Source: an uncultured Candidatus Rokubacteria bacterium
GTDB taxonomy: Bacteria > Methylomirabilota > Methylomirabilia > Rokubacteriales > CSP1-6
Reading direction: 5' to 3'
Assembly (NCBI GenBank): GCA_963743355.1
Contig: CAVUPM010000001.1
Span: 849,736-913,735 of the forward strand
DNA: 64,000 bases
Shown here: in pieces, positions 45,773-55,922 of the stretch
Position numbering within the stretch: the stretch's first letter is position 1
How the letters are laid out: every line of letters begins with the position of its first letter
Notes under the pieces: generated by a model
What the model was told of the DNA's origin: nothing
Database searches by the model: none
What the model saw: the letters and a program-made list of their open reading frames with translations, nothing else
Translations under genes and position numbers: made by a program

Positions 45773-47404
45773 ATGCGGATGACGGGTGGCGAGGCGCTCG
45801 CGAAGCAGCTCCAGCGTGAAGGGGTCCGCGTGGTCTTCGGGTTGCCCGGCGTCCAGCTGTACGGGGCCATGGCCGCCCTGCGCGAGGAGAAGGACATCCG
45901 CTTCATCCTGACCCGCCACGAGCAGGCCACGACCTACATGGCCGACGGCTACGCCCGCGCGGGCGGCGGTGTCGGCGTGGCGCTGGTGGTGCCGGGGCCG
46001 GGCGTGCTCAACGCCGGCGCCGGCCTCAGCACGGCGTATTCGTGCTCGTCACCGGTCTTCCTGGTGGCCGGCCAGGTCCCCAAGCGCTATCTCGGCAAGG
46101 ACGTCGGCGTGCTGCACGAGATCAACGAGCAGCTCGACGTCGTCAAGCCGATCACCAAGTGGCGCAAGCGCGTGCTGGAGGTCTCCGAGATCCCGGCCGC
46201 CGTTCAGGAAGCCTTCCGCCAGCTCAAGACCGGTCGTCCCCGCCCGGTGCATCTCGAGATTCCGCCCGACACGCTGGAAGACGAGGGCGAGGCGGAGCTG
46301 CTGCCGCCCGTCACCGTGGCGCGCACGGCGGCGCCCGCCGCCGACATCGAGCGCGCGGCGCGCCTGCTGCTCGATGCCACGCGCCCGATCATCTACGCGG
46401 GCGGCGGCGTGCACGCCTCCGGCGCCCACGAGGCCCTCACCGCGGTCGCCGAGTACATCCAGGCCGGCGTCGTGCAATCCGCGGAGGGCAAGGGATCGGT
46501 GAGCGACCAGAGCGACCACGCGCTCGGCGCCGCGCTCTGGGCCAAGAACCCGCTGCGCGAGTACCTCGACGCCGCCGACACGATCCTGGTCGTCGGCTCC
46601 CGGTGCGCGCTGGCCGCCTTCCAGCCGCACCAGAAGATCGTCCAGGTCGACGTGGACGCCGAGGAGATCGGCCGCAACCACCCCGTGGCGGTCGGGCTCG
46701 TCGGCGACGCTCGGCTGACGCTCGAGCGCCTGCTGGAGCGCCTGCGGACGGACGCGCCGCCGCGGCCGTCCCGGAAGAGAGAGCGCGAACAGCTTCGAGA
46801 GGCGCTGGCGGCGCTGGACACGCAGGAGCCCAACCATTCGATCCTGGCCTCACTGCGGGCCGGCACCCCCGAGGACGCCATCGTGATCGCCGGCATGACC
46901 CAGATCGGCTATTACTCCAGGCCGTTCTGGCCGGTCTACCGGCCGCGGACGTACCTGACCTCGTCGTACTCCGGCAATCTCGGCTTCGAGGTGCCGACCG
47001 CGCTCGGCGCCAAGGTCGCCCGCCCGGAGCGCGCCGTCGTGTGCATCACCGGCGACGGCGGCTTCATGTACAACTCGCAGGAGCTCTCGACCGCCGCCCG
47101 CGAGAAGATCAACGCGGTGATCGTGCTCTTCAACGACGAGGCCTACGGCAACGTCGCCCGCGATCTCGACGAGTCCTGGGGCGGCACCCACGGCGCCACC
47201 GTGACCAACCCCGACTTCATGAAGCTCGCCGACGCCTACGGCGTCGTCGGGATGCGCGCAACGAAGCCGACCGACGTGGGCGACCTCGTGCGCAAGGCGG
47301 TCGGGATGGACCGGCCGGTCCTGATCGAGGTGCGGGTCGGCCGCATGGCGCGCCCGGCCTTCTTCGCGCCCCTGAAGTCGCCGGAGAAGTACCAGAAGCG
47401 GTGA
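45773..47404 (+). CDS. Thiamine pyrophosphate-binding enzyme (acetolactate synthase-like)
   Basis: FGLPG, RHEQ..MADGYAR, TGDGGFMY..N. Confidence 0.9.
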   Translation: MRMTGGEALAKQLQREGVRVVFGLPGVQLYGAMAALREEKDIRFILTRHEQATTYMADGYARAGGGVGVALVVPGPGVLNAGAGLSTAYSCSSPVFLVAGQVPKRYLGKDVGVLHEINEQLDVVKPITKWRKRVLEVSEIPAAVQEAFRQLKTGRPRPVHLEIPPDTLEDEGEAELLPPVTVARTAAPAADIERAARLLLDATRPIIYAGGGVHASGAHEALTAVAEYIQAGVVQSAEGKGSVSDQSDHALGAALWAKNPLREYLDAADTILVVGSRCALAAFQPHQKIVQVDVDAEEIGRNHPVAVGLVGDARLTLERLLERLRTDAPPRPSRKREREQLREALAALDTQEPNHSILASLRAGTPEDAIVIAGMTQIGYYSRPFWPVYRPRTYLTSSYSGNLGFEVPTALGAKVARPERAVVCITGDGGFMYNSQELSTAAREKINAVIVLFNDEAYGNVARDLDESWGGTHGATVTNPDFMKLADAYGVVGMRATKPTDVGDLVRKAVGMDRPVLIEVRVGRMARPAFFAPLKSPEKYQKR

Positions 47405-47437
47405 CGGGCGGGCGGAGGGGCTCGAACAGCCGCGGCG

Positions 47438-47752
47438 CTACGACCCGGGAGCGGTTCGAGCCGCGGCGCGCCCCGCGCGACGTCGAGAGCCACCGGTCAC
47501 CGTCGAGGCCGTCACGCCGTCCCGGCTATGTACCAGCTGGCACCAGCGTCGATTATCGTCGCCGCCCGCCTCGGTGCTGCCCGACAGAAACGCCTCGGCC
47601 CGCACCGCGCCATCGTCGGTGCCGTTCCACGCCGGCGTGTGCGCCGCGCACCACCGGACGTCGAGGATTTCACGGCTCGGATCGGCATCGGGCTCGCAAT
47701 CGGGGCAGTAGGGGCGAGCGACAGCGGGGGTGTCGGGCAAGAAGTCCGTCAC
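47438..47752 (-). CDS. Small hypothetical Cys/His protein
   Basis: YCPDC..WC..H..WC..H; GTG coupled to a 10-codon upstream ORF. Confidence 0.5.
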   Translation of the reverse strand: MTDFLPDTPAVARPYCPDCEPDADPSREILDVRWCAAHTPAWNGTDDGAVRAEAFLSGSTEAGGDDNRRWCQLVHSRDGVTASTVTGGSRRRAGRAAARTAPGS

Positions 47753-47961
47753 CGGTCGATAGCGCGGAATGCCGTCGCCATCTCCGCCTCCCACTCTACG
47801 GCATGGCGGACGCCAGACACGAAACCTTTTCGCTGCTGAGCGTCCTTACACGGTGAACTCGCCTCGGCGGAGTCCCGTTCCCCGTCCGCGCCGGCGCCGC
47901 GGTTGGTCGGACGATCAGGCCCGGGGGCAGCGGCGGCCCGGCATGCTATCGTGCCCGCGCC

Positions 47962-49902
47962 ATGGCCGGGGATCCGATCTTCTTCCGCGATCTCGCGCTG
48001 GTCCTGCTGGCGGCCGTCATCGGCGGCGCGCTCGCCTGGTACACGGGCCAGCCGCTCGTGCTCGGCTACGTCCTCGGCGGCATGGCCGTGAGCCCCTTCA
48101 CGCCCGGCCCCGCGGTGGCCTCCACCCACAACTTCGAGGCCTTCGCCGAGATCGGCGTCGTGCTGCTGATGTTCTGCATCGGGCTGGAGTTCTCGCTGAA
48201 GGATCTCCTCCGCGTGAAGTGGGTGGCGCTGGTCGGCGGCCCGCTCGGCATCCTGCTGTCCATCGGGCTGGCCGTGGCGACGGGCGCGGCGCTGGGCTGG
48301 CCCTGGCTGCAGGGGCTGATGGTCGGGATCGTGACCTCGGTGGCCAGCACGATGGTGCTGGCGCGCCTGCTGCTCGACCGCGGCGAGCTCCACACGCGCC
48401 ACGGCCGGGTCCTGATCGGCATCAGCCTGGTGGAAGACCTCGCGGTGGTCGTGCTGGTGGCGCTCATGCCGGCCCTGGGTGCGCTGGCGCCCGACCGGGT
48501 GTTCGCCATCGGCAGCGGGCTCGGGACCGCCGCGCTCGTCCTGGTGCCGTTCCTGGCGCTGGCCGCGCGCGTCGTCTCGCCGGTGCTCACGCGAGTGGCC
48601 CGCACGCGCAACCAGGAGCTGTTCCTGCTGGTCGCGCTCGCGATCGGACTCGGCACCGCCGCGCTCACGCAGGCCGTCGGCCTGTCGCTCGCCCTCGGGG
48701 CGTTCCTGGCCGGCCTGCTCATCAGCACGTCGGACTTCGCCCACGAGACGCTCGCCCGCCTCCTGCCGCTGCGCGACACCTTCGGCGCCTTCTTCTTCGT
48801 CACCATCGGCGCCCTCATCGATCCGGCCCGGGTGTTCGACAACCTCCCGCTGCTCGGCGCGATGGTGGCGCTGGTGGTCGTGGGGAAGCTCGTGGTGCGC
48901 GCCGGCGTGGTCTGGCTCTTCGGCGAGACGCCGTGGACGGCGCTCCTGGCCGGGATCGGCCTGGCCCAGATCGGCGAGTTCTCGTTCGTCCTCGTGCAGG
49001 CTGCGCGGCAGGAGGAGCACATCGGCGCCGACGTCTACCAGGCGACGCTGGCCGCCTCCCTGCTGACGATCCTGATCAACGCCGCGCTGGTGCGGGTGGT
49101 GCCCCGCTACCTGGGCGCGCTCCGGCTCGCCGGGCGGGCGATGCCAGAGAGCGCGCCGCCCCCCGAGGAGCTGGCGGGGCACGTCATCCTCTGCGGGTAC
49201 GGCCGGGTCGGCAGCGCGGTCGCCGAGGCGCTCGACACGTTCCGCGTGCCCTGGCTCGCCATCGAGAACGATCCCGACATCGTGCGGGGGCTGCGCGAGC
49301 GCGGCATTCCGAGCCTGTTCGGCGACGCCGGCCAGCGCGGGCTCCTCGAGACCGCCGGCGCCGGCCGCGCCGCGCTCGTCGTGGTGGCGCTGCCGGAGCT
49401 CGAGCGCACGCGCCAGGCGGTCAGGCATCTCCGCGCGCTGAGCCCGACGCTGCCGATCCTCGCCCGCACGCATCAGCGCGCGGAGCACGAGCGACTGCGC
49501 CAGGCGGGCGCCACCGAGATCATCCAGCCGGAGCTCGAGGCCGCCTCGACGCTGATCCGCCACGCGCTGCGCCGCCTCGACCTGCCCCGTGAGCGCGTGC
49601 TGGCCTATCTGGAGCAGTACCGTGAGGCCATGGACTCGGCCGGTGCCCTTCCGGTGGAGAGCGGACTGCCCCGGCTCGCGGAGGTCACGCTCGACGAGGG
49701 GAACCTCACCGACCGCACGCTGCACGACGCGCGCGTGCGGGAGCGCTTCGGTGTGTCGGTGATGTCGATCACACGCGCCGACGGCAGCGTGGTGCCCCAC
49801 CCGTCCGCCGACACCGTGCTCCGCACGGGCGACCGGGTGCGACTCTTCGGCCTGCCCGAGCAGATCGACGCGCTGCTGGCCTACTCCGACCGCGGCGGGT
49901 GA
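47962..49902 (+). CDS. CPA2 cation:proton antiporter with TrkA-N and TrkA-C domains
   Basis: AEIGVVLLMF.IGLEFS, VED, AQIGEFSF, GYGRVG. Confidence 0.92.
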   Translation: MAGDPIFFRDLALVLLAAVIGGALAWYTGQPLVLGYVLGGMAVSPFTPGPAVASTHNFEAFAEIGVVLLMFCIGLEFSLKDLLRVKWVALVGGPLGILLSIGLAVATGAALGWPWLQGLMVGIVTSVASTMVLARLLLDRGELHTRHGRVLIGISLVEDLAVVVLVALMPALGALAPDRVFAIGSGLGTAALVLVPFLALAARVVSPVLTRVARTRNQELFLLVALAIGLGTAALTQAVGLSLALGAFLAGLLISTSDFAHETLARLLPLRDTFGAFFFVTIGALIDPARVFDNLPLLGAMVALVVVGKLVVRAGVVWLFGETPWTALLAGIGLAQIGEFSFVLVQAARQEEHIGADVYQATLAASLLTILINAALVRVVPRYLGALRLAGRAMPESAPPPEELAGHVILCGYGRVGSAVAEALDTFRVPWLAIENDPDIVRGLRERGIPSLFGDAGQRGLLETAGAGRAALVVVALPELERTRQAVRHLRALSPTLPILARTHQRAEHERLRQAGATEIIQPELEAASTLIRHALRRLDLPRERVLAYLEQYREAMDSAGALPVESGLPRLAEVTLDEGNLTDRTLHDARVRERFGVSVMSITRADGSVVPHPSADTVLRTGDRVRLFGLPEQIDALLAYSDRGG

Positions 49903-49979
49903 GCACGACCGGTCCCGGTCCTCGGGTGGATGGCGATACGCGAGGGAGCCCGTGTACACGCCCAGCCCGAGCGGCTTCG

Positions 49980-51446
49980 CTAGGCCGGCGGAGCCCCTCC
50001 CGGTGAGGGCGGTGCGCCGGATCCTCCGCGGCGGCCTCGACGGCGACGCCGGCTGGCCGCCCCCGGCGGCGCCGCGCCGGGCGCCGCCGGGGGCGGCGGC
50101 GCCCCGGCCGGCGGGCCTTCGCGTCGGGGCTCTCCGCCCGGCCGGCGCTCGCCCTGACGGGGCGCGCGGTCGCGACCTCCGCCTCCGCCTCCGCCCCGGC
50201 GGCCGCCGCCGCGATCGTCGCGGCCTCGGCGGGCGTCGAGCCGGGCCCGGCGCTCCTCGGCGTAGCGGCGGCGCTCCTCGGCGGTGGGCCTGATCTCGGG
50301 CAGGATGAGGTCGTCCTCGGGCCACTCCACGGTGATCTTCTGGCCGATGAACTTCTCGATCGGCTCCAGGTAGAGCGCGCTCGCCTCGTCGATGAGCGCG
50401 ATGGCCTTGCCGCCAGCGCCGGCTCGCGCCGTGCGGCCGATGCGATGGACGTAATCCTCCACGTCTTGCGGCAGGTCCCAGTTGATGACGTGCGTGACCG
50501 CCTCGATGTGCAGGCCGCGCGAGGCGACGTCCGTCGCCACCAGCACCGGCAGCTGCCCGTCCTTGAAGTCGTTCAGAATACGCAGCCGGCGCTTCTGGTC
50601 CACGTCGCCGGTCAGCGCGCGCGCATCCCACCCGTTACGGGTGAGGCGATCCTCGAGTCGGCGGGCCTCCTCACGGGTGTTGGCGAAGATCAGGATGCGG
50701 TCGCCGCCCTCGCGCCGCAGCAAGCCCAGCAGGAGCCCGAATTTCTCCTCGCGGCCGACGTGGTACAGCATCTGCTCGACGCGCTCGGCGGTCTTCTGCT
50801 GGGGCATGATCGTGATCTGGCTGGGGTTGTTCATGAACTCCCAGGTCAGCTCCAGCACGCGGAACGACAGCGTCGCCGAGAAGAGGAACGACTGGCGCCG
50901 CTCGGGCGGCGGCAGCCGGCGCAGGATGAAGCGCAGGTCGGCGATGAAGCCCATGTCGAACATCCGGTCGGCCTCGTCGATCACCAGCACCTCGACCCTG
51001 CGCGGCGACCACACGTGCTGCTTCAGATAGTCGATCAGGCGCCCCGGGGTGCCCACCAGCACGTCGCAGCCGGCGGCCAGCGTGTCCCGCTGCTTGGCGT
51101 AGTCGATGCCGCCGTAGACCGCCTGGATCTTGAACGGCGTGAACCGCCCGAGCTGGAGCGCGTCGGACTCGATCTGCACGACCAGCTCGCGGGTGGGCCC
51201 GATGATCAGCACGCGCGGCGCGCTGGGCATCGTCGGCGGTGGCGCCGGCGTGCGCAGCAGGCGGGTGAAGGCGGCGATCAGGAAGGCGGCCGTCTTGCCG
51301 GTGCCCGTCTGTGACTGGCCCGCCAGGTCCTTGCCCTTGAGCGCCAGCGGCAGCGCGGCTTCCTGGATCGGCGTGGTGGTGACGAAGCCGGCCTCGCGGA
51401 TGCCCCGCAAGACCGGCTCCGGCAGATCGAGACTGATGAAGTCCAC
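49980..51446 (-). CDS. DEAD-box RNA helicase (RhlB-like)
   Basis: QTGTGKT, PTREL, TPGR, DEAD, SAT, HRIGRTAR. Confidence 0.93.
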   Translation of the reverse strand: MDFISLDLPEPVLRGIREAGFVTTTPIQEAALPLALKGKDLAGQSQTGTGKTAAFLIAAFTRLLRTPAPPPTMPSAPRVLIIGPTRELVVQIESDALQLGRFTPFKIQAVYGGIDYAKQRDTLAAGCDVLVGTPGRLIDYLKQHVWSPRRVEVLVIDEADRMFDMGFIADLRFILRRLPPPERRQSFLFSATLSFRVLELTWEFMNNPSQITIMPQQKTAERVEQMLYHVGREEKFGLLLGLLRREGGDRILIFANTREEARRLEDRLTRNGWDARALTGDVDQKRRLRILNDFKDGQLPVLVATDVASRGLHIEAVTHVINWDLPQDVEDYVHRIGRTARAGAGGKAIALIDEASALYLEPIEKFIGQKITVEWPEDDLILPEIRPTAEERRRYAEERRARLDARRGRDDRGGGRRGGGGGGGRDRAPRQGERRPGGEPRREGPPAGAPPPPAAPGAAPPGAASRRRRRGRRGGSGAPPSPGGAPPA

Positions 51447-51465
51447 GGTTATCGGCTCACCTCCG

Positions 51466-52224
51466 TCACGCGGTCTCCGACGGCGTGGGCGCGGTGACCG
51501 CCGCCGCCTTGCGTCCGAAGATACGCGCGGACACGATGCCGACCTCGTAGAGCACGATGAGCGGTCCGGCCATCAGCGCCTGGTTGAAGGCGTCGGGCGT
51601 CGGCGTGAGGACCGCCGAGACCACGAAGGCGCCGAGGACGGCGTACTTGCGGTGCTTGGCCAGCGTCCGGGGGGTCACCACCCCCATGCGGGCCAGCAAC
51701 GTGAGCGCCAGCGGCAGCTCGAAGACGAGCCCGAAGGCCAGCGTGAACTTCAGCAGGAAGTCGATGTGGTTCTGAATCGTGATCATCGGCCTGAGCCCGG
51801 GGCGGGCGTAGCCGAGCAGGAAGGTCAGGGCATACGGCGTCACGACGTACAGGGCGAAGGCGCCACCCAGAAGGAACATGAGCGAGCCCACGATCACGAA
51901 CGGCGCCGCGTACTTCCGCTCGTGCCCGTGCAGGCCGGGGGCGATGAAGGCCCACACCTGCCACAGGATGACCGGCGCCGAGAGGAACAGGCCGGCGAAC
52001 AGGCCGACCTTCATCTGCACCCAGAACGCCTCGGCCGGCGCCGTGAACACCAGCTCGTAGCCGAGCCGGGTTATCGGCACGGCCAGCCAGTCCACGATCT
52101 TCTGGCTGAACGGCAGCGCGATGGCCGCGCCGGCCAGCACCCCGTACAGGCTGCGGACGATGCGCACCCGCAACTCGCCGAGGTGCTCCATGAACGGCAT
52201 CTTGTCGTCGACGGAGCGGGCCAT
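51466..52224 (-). CDS. tatC: Twin-arginine translocase subunit TatC
   Basis: MPFMEHLGELR, W.FIAPGL..HE, FELP, TPTPD. Confidence 0.95.
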   Translation of the reverse strand: MARSVDDKMPFMEHLGELRVRIVRSLYGVLAGAAIALPFSQKIVDWLAVPITRLGYELVFTAPAEAFWVQMKVGLFAGLFLSAPVILWQVWAFIAPGLHGHERKYAAPFVIVGSLMFLLGGAFALYVVTPYALTFLLGYARPGLRPMITIQNHIDFLLKFTLAFGLVFELPLALTLLARMGVVTPRTLAKHRKYAVLGAFVVSAVLTPTPDAFNQALMAGPLIVLYEVGIVSARIFGRKAAAVTAPTPSETA

Positions 52225-52226
52225 CG

Positions 52227-53015
52227 TTACCAGGCACTGACGAAGTGGCGGAGGACACCGACCCCGCGGCCGGCCGGAAAGCCCTCGCGGATCGCGGCGG
52301 TGACGTAGGCCTTGGCCTCGCCGATGGCCGCGGCCAGGGCGACGCCGTGCGCGAGCCCGGCGGCGATCGCGGCCGAGTACGTGCAGCCGGTGCCGTGCGT
52401 GTTGTGGGAATCGAGCCGGGGCGCCGAAAAGCGCGTGAAGCCTCGCCCGTCGTACAGGATGTCGGTGGCGGAGTCCTTCAGGTGGCCGCCCTTGACCAGC
52501 ACGTGCCGCGGCCCCAGGGCGTGGATGCGCCGGGCGGCCTCCTCCATGTCGGCTTCGGTGGCGACCGCCATGTCGGCGAGGACCGCGGCCTCGTGGAGGT
52601 TGGGCGTCACCACCTCGGCCAGCGGCAGCACGGCCTCGATCAGGGCGGCGCGGGCGTCGGGTTGCAGCAGCGGGGCGCCCGACTTGGCCACCATCACGGG
52701 ATCGAGGACGATGCGGGTCTGACCGTGCGCGCTCAGCCGGCCGGCGACGGCCCGGATGATACCGGCGTTGGAGAGCATGCCGACCTTCACGGCGTCGGCC
52801 CCGAAGTCGTCGAGCACCGCGTCGATCTGCAGCGCGACGAACGGCGGCGGCAAGTCGTGGACGCCGGTAACGCCGACCGAGTTCTGTGCCGTCACCGCGG
52901 TGAGCACGGACATGCCGAACACCCGGAACGCCGAGAACGTCTTGAGGTCAGCCTGGATACCGGCGCCACCGCCGGAGTCCGAGCCGGCAACGGTCAGCGC
53001 CTTGGGAACGCCCAT
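52227..53015 (-). CDS. thiD: Hydroxymethylpyrimidine/phosphomethylpyrimidine kinase
   Basis: [31 protein letters not shown]. Confidence 0.95.
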   Translation of the reverse strand: MGVPKALTVAGSDSGGGAGIQADLKTFSAFRVFGMSVLTAVTAQNSVGVTGVHDLPPPFVALQIDAVLDDFGADAVKVGMLSNAGIIRAVAGRLSAHGQTRIVLDPVMVAKSGAPLLQPDARAALIEAVLPLAEVVTPNLHEAAVLADMAVATEADMEEAARRIHALGPRHVLVKGGHLKDSATDILYDGRGFTRFSAPRLDSHNTHGTGCTYSAAIAAGLAHGVALAAAIGEAKAYVTAAIREGFPAGRGVGVLRHFVSAW

Positions 53016-53116
53016 ATGACCCACGCAGTATACGCGCGGGACGCCGGGGTCACAACGCAGCGAGAGCCTGTGAACGAATCGCGGTGTCGAGGAGCGCCAC
53101 GGCTGTGCCGGGGCGC

Positions 53117-53233
53117 GACGAACGTTGGGGGCTTGGGGGCCATGTCGAGGCCCCCATGTGAAACAAGCGAGCGCCCCGGGTTTCCCTGGGCGTGACGAGC
53201 GTTGGGGGCTTGGGGGCCAGGTCAGGGCCCCCA
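53117..53233. repeat. Two tandem ~40-bp REP-like units
   Basis: GACGA(A/G)CGTTGGGGGCTTGGGGGCCA......GGCCCCCA at 53117-53156 and 53194-53233. Confidence 0.7.
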
Positions 53234-53238
53234 ATCAC

Positions 53239-53910
53239 TCAAGCGGCCGGGATCACGAGCGTGAACTCGCCGCGCACGCCGGCGGCGGTCAGGCGCTCGC
53301 GGTGGGCGGCCGGCGTGGCCCGGACGATCTCCTCGAACTGCTTGGTCAGCTCGCGGGCGACGACGATCTCACGCTCGCCGAACACCTCGCCGATCGCCTC
53401 GAGCGTGGCGAGGATGCGGTGGGGCGACTCGTAGAGGACGAGCGTCGTCTCGAGCTCGCGCAGCGCGGCCAGGCGATTGCGACGGCGGCCCGGCTTCACG
53501 GGCGGGAAGCCGTCGAACACGAACCGGTCGGCGGGCACCCCGGCCGCCGAGAGCGCGGCCGCCACCGCCGAGGGCCCGGCGACGGGTACCACCGGTACCC
53601 CGGCCGCCCGGGCGTCGCGCACGAGCAAGAAGCCGGGGTCCGAGATCCCCGGCGTGCCGGCGTCGGTGACCAGCGCCACCGACCGGCCCTCCAGGAGCTG
53701 TCGGATGATGTGCGGCCCCCGCGCCAGCTTGTTGTGCTCGAAGTACGACAGGGTCGGCGAGTGAATGTCGAAGTGCGACAGCAGCGCCCGCGTCCGCCGC
53801 GTGTCCTCGCAAGCCACGACGTCGACCTCGCGCAGGATGCGGAGCGCCCGCAGCGTGATGTCTTCCAGGTTCCCGATGGGGGTGGCGACGACGAACAATG
53901 TTCCGCTCAC
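53239..53910 (-). CDS. rsmI: 16S rRNA (C1402-2'-O)-methyltransferase
   Basis: VATPIGNLEDIT, CEDTR, DAGTPGISDPG, YESPHR, RELTK.FEE. Confidence 0.93.
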   Translation of the reverse strand: MSGTLFVVATPIGNLEDITLRALRILREVDVVACEDTRRTRALLSHFDIHSPTLSYFEHNKLARGPHIIRQLLEGRSVALVTDAGTPGISDPGFLLVRDARAAGVPVVPVAGPSAVAAALSAAGVPADRFVFDGFPPVKPGRRRNRLAALRELETTLVLYESPHRILATLEAIGEVFGEREIVVARELTKQFEEIVRATPAAHRERLTAAGVRGEFTLVIPAA

Positions 53911-53916
53911 GCCATG

Positions 53917-53987
53917 TTCGAGCGCCGGCGGTGCCGGCGCAATCCTCGTTCGAGGGGGAGGCATCGGAGGGGGCCGTCGAGGCCCCC
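53917..53987 (-). repeat. REP-like dispersed repeat, copy 2
   Basis: Near reverse complement of 45661-45735. Confidence 0.75.
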
Positions 53988-53996
53988 TCCGAGTGG

Positions 53997-55244
53997 CTAC
54001 GCCGTCTGTTCTTTGGCCTCGGACACCAGGACGGGCCGCTCCCGGTTGAGGATGACCTCGCGGGTGATGACGCACTCCTTGAGGCCCTGGATCGACGGCA
54101 GCTCGTACATGATCTCGAGCATGACCTCTTCCAGGATGGCCCGCAGGCCCCGGGCGCCGGTGCCCCGCTTGAGCGCCTCGTGGGCGATGGCCGCCACCGC
54201 GTCGTCGGTGAACTTGAGCCGCACCTTCTCGAGGTCGAAGTACTTCTGGTACTGCTTGATGATCGCGTTCTTCGGCTCCTTGAGGATGCGCACCAGCGCC
54301 GGCTCGTCGAGGTCGTGCAGGGTGGCGATGACGGGCAGCCGGCCCACGAACTCGGGGATGAGCCCGTACTTCAGGAGGTCCTCGGGCTGGATCATGGCCA
54401 GCAGGTCGCCGACGCGTCGCTCGTCACGGCTCTTGATCTCGGCGCCGAAGCCCATGCCCGAGCGCCCCACCCGCGACTCGATGATCTTGTCCAGGCCCAC
54501 GAACGCGCCGCCGCAGATGAACAGCACGCTCGACGTATCGACCTGGATGAATTCCTGGTGGGGGTGCTTGCGGCCGCCCTGAGGAGGCACGTTGGCGATC
54601 GTGCCCTCCAGGATCTTCAGGAGGGCTTGCTGAACCCCCTCGCCCGACACGTCCCGGGTGATCGACGGGTTCTCCGATTTCCGGGCTATTTTATCGATCT
54701 CGTCGATGTACACGATCCCGCGCTCCGCTCGCTCGACGTCGTAGTCTGCCGCTTGAAGCAATCTCAGAATGATGTTTTCTACGTCTTCTCCCACATACCC
54801 CGCCTCGGTCAGCGTCGTGGCATCGGCGATGGTGAACGGGACCCGCAGCATCTTGGCCAGGGTCTGGGCCAGCAACGTCTTGCCGGAGCCGGTGGGGCCG
54901 ATCAGGAGGATGTTGGACTTCTGCAGCTCGACGTCGCCCGCGTCGCTACCGGATTCGATGCGTTTGTAGTGATTGTGGACCGCGACCGCGAGGATCTTCT
55001 TGGCCCGCTCCTGCCCGACGACATACTGATCGAGCGCGCTCTTGATCTCGGCCGGCTTGGGAAGGCTGCGGATCTCCCGCGACTTCTCCTCTTCCCACTC
55101 CTCGGCGATGATGTCGTTGCAGAGCTCGATGCACTCGTCGCAGATGTAGACCGTGGGACCCGCGATGAGCTTGCGGACATCATTTTGGCTCTTGCCGCAA
55201 AACGAGCACTTCAACGTCCCGTTACCTTCACGCGTCCGCGCCAT
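53997..55244 (-). CDS. clpX: ATP-dependent Clp protease ATPase subunit
   Basis: CSFCGK zinc finger, [15 protein letters not shown]. Confidence 0.98.
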   Translation of the reverse strand: MARTREGNGTLKCSFCGKSQNDVRKLIAGPTVYICDECIELCNDIIAEEWEEEKSREIRSLPKPAEIKSALDQYVVGQERAKKILAVAVHNHYKRIESGSDAGDVELQKSNILLIGPTGSGKTLLAQTLAKMLRVPFTIADATTLTEAGYVGEDVENIILRLLQAADYDVERAERGIVYIDEIDKIARKSENPSITRDVSGEGVQQALLKILEGTIANVPPQGGRKHPHQEFIQVDTSSVLFICGGAFVGLDKIIESRVGRSGMGFGAEIKSRDERRVGDLLAMIQPEDLLKYGLIPEFVGRLPVIATLHDLDEPALVRILKEPKNAIIKQYQKYFDLEKVRLKFTDDAVAAIAHEALKRGTGARGLRAILEEVMLEIMYELPSIQGLKECVITREVILNRERPVLVSEAKEQTA

Positions 55245-55262
55245 CCTTCCGCTGACTCCTTC

Positions 55263-55898
55263 TTATCTCTGGATCTGGGCCGAGAGCGCCGCCTGCTCGC
55301 TGACCGCTCGGGTGGTCGGCTTGGAGGAGATCACTTCGTCAACGATCTTATATTCTTTGGCCTGCTCGGCCGTCATGAAAAAGTCCCGATCGGTGTCGCG
55401 CTGGATCTTCTCCATGCCCTGGCCGGTGTGGTGCACGAGGATGAGGTTGAGCTCCTCCCGCATGCGGAGGATCTCCCGGGCCTGGATGTCGATGTCGGTG
55501 GCCTGGCCCTGCACGCCGCCCAGCGGCTGGTGGATCATGATGCGGGCGTGCGGCAGCGCGAAGCGCTTGCCCCGGGCGCCGGCGCACAGCAGCAGAGCGC
55601 CCATGGAGGCGGCCTGGCCCATGCAGATCGTCGAGATGGCCGGCTTCACGTACTGCATCGTGTCGTAGATCGCCATCCCCGCCGTCACCGAGCCACCCGG
55701 CGAGTTGATGTACAGATAGATGTCCTTGTCGGGATCCTCGGCCTCCAGGAAGAGCATCTGGGCGATGACGAGGTTGGCCAGCTCGTCCTCGATGAACGTC
55801 GGCAGAAAGATGATCCGCTCCTTGAGCAACCGGGAAAAGATGTCGAACGCCCGTTCGCCGCGGGGCGTCTGCTCGATGACCATCGGAACCAGAGCCAT
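55263..55898 (-). CDS. clpP: Clp protease proteolytic subunit
   Basis: YINSPGG, GQAASMG, MIHQP. Confidence 0.98.
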   Translation of the reverse strand: MALVPMVIEQTPRGERAFDIFSRLLKERIIFLPTFIEDELANLVIAQMLFLEAEDPDKDIYLYINSPGGSVTAGMAIYDTMQYVKPAISTICMGQAASMGALLLCAGARGKRFALPHARIMIHQPLGGVQGQATDIDIQAREILRMREELNLILVHHTGQGMEKIQRDTDRDFFMTAEQAKEYKIVDEVISSKPTTRAVSEQAALSAQIQR

Positions 55899-55922
55899 TC
55901 CAAATTCTCCTTCGTGTGTGTG

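Noticed and set aside
53117-53233. Repeat-spacer-repeat resembling a mini CRISPR
   Set aside because: Only two imperfect units, no cas genes, and the unit belongs to the REP-like family
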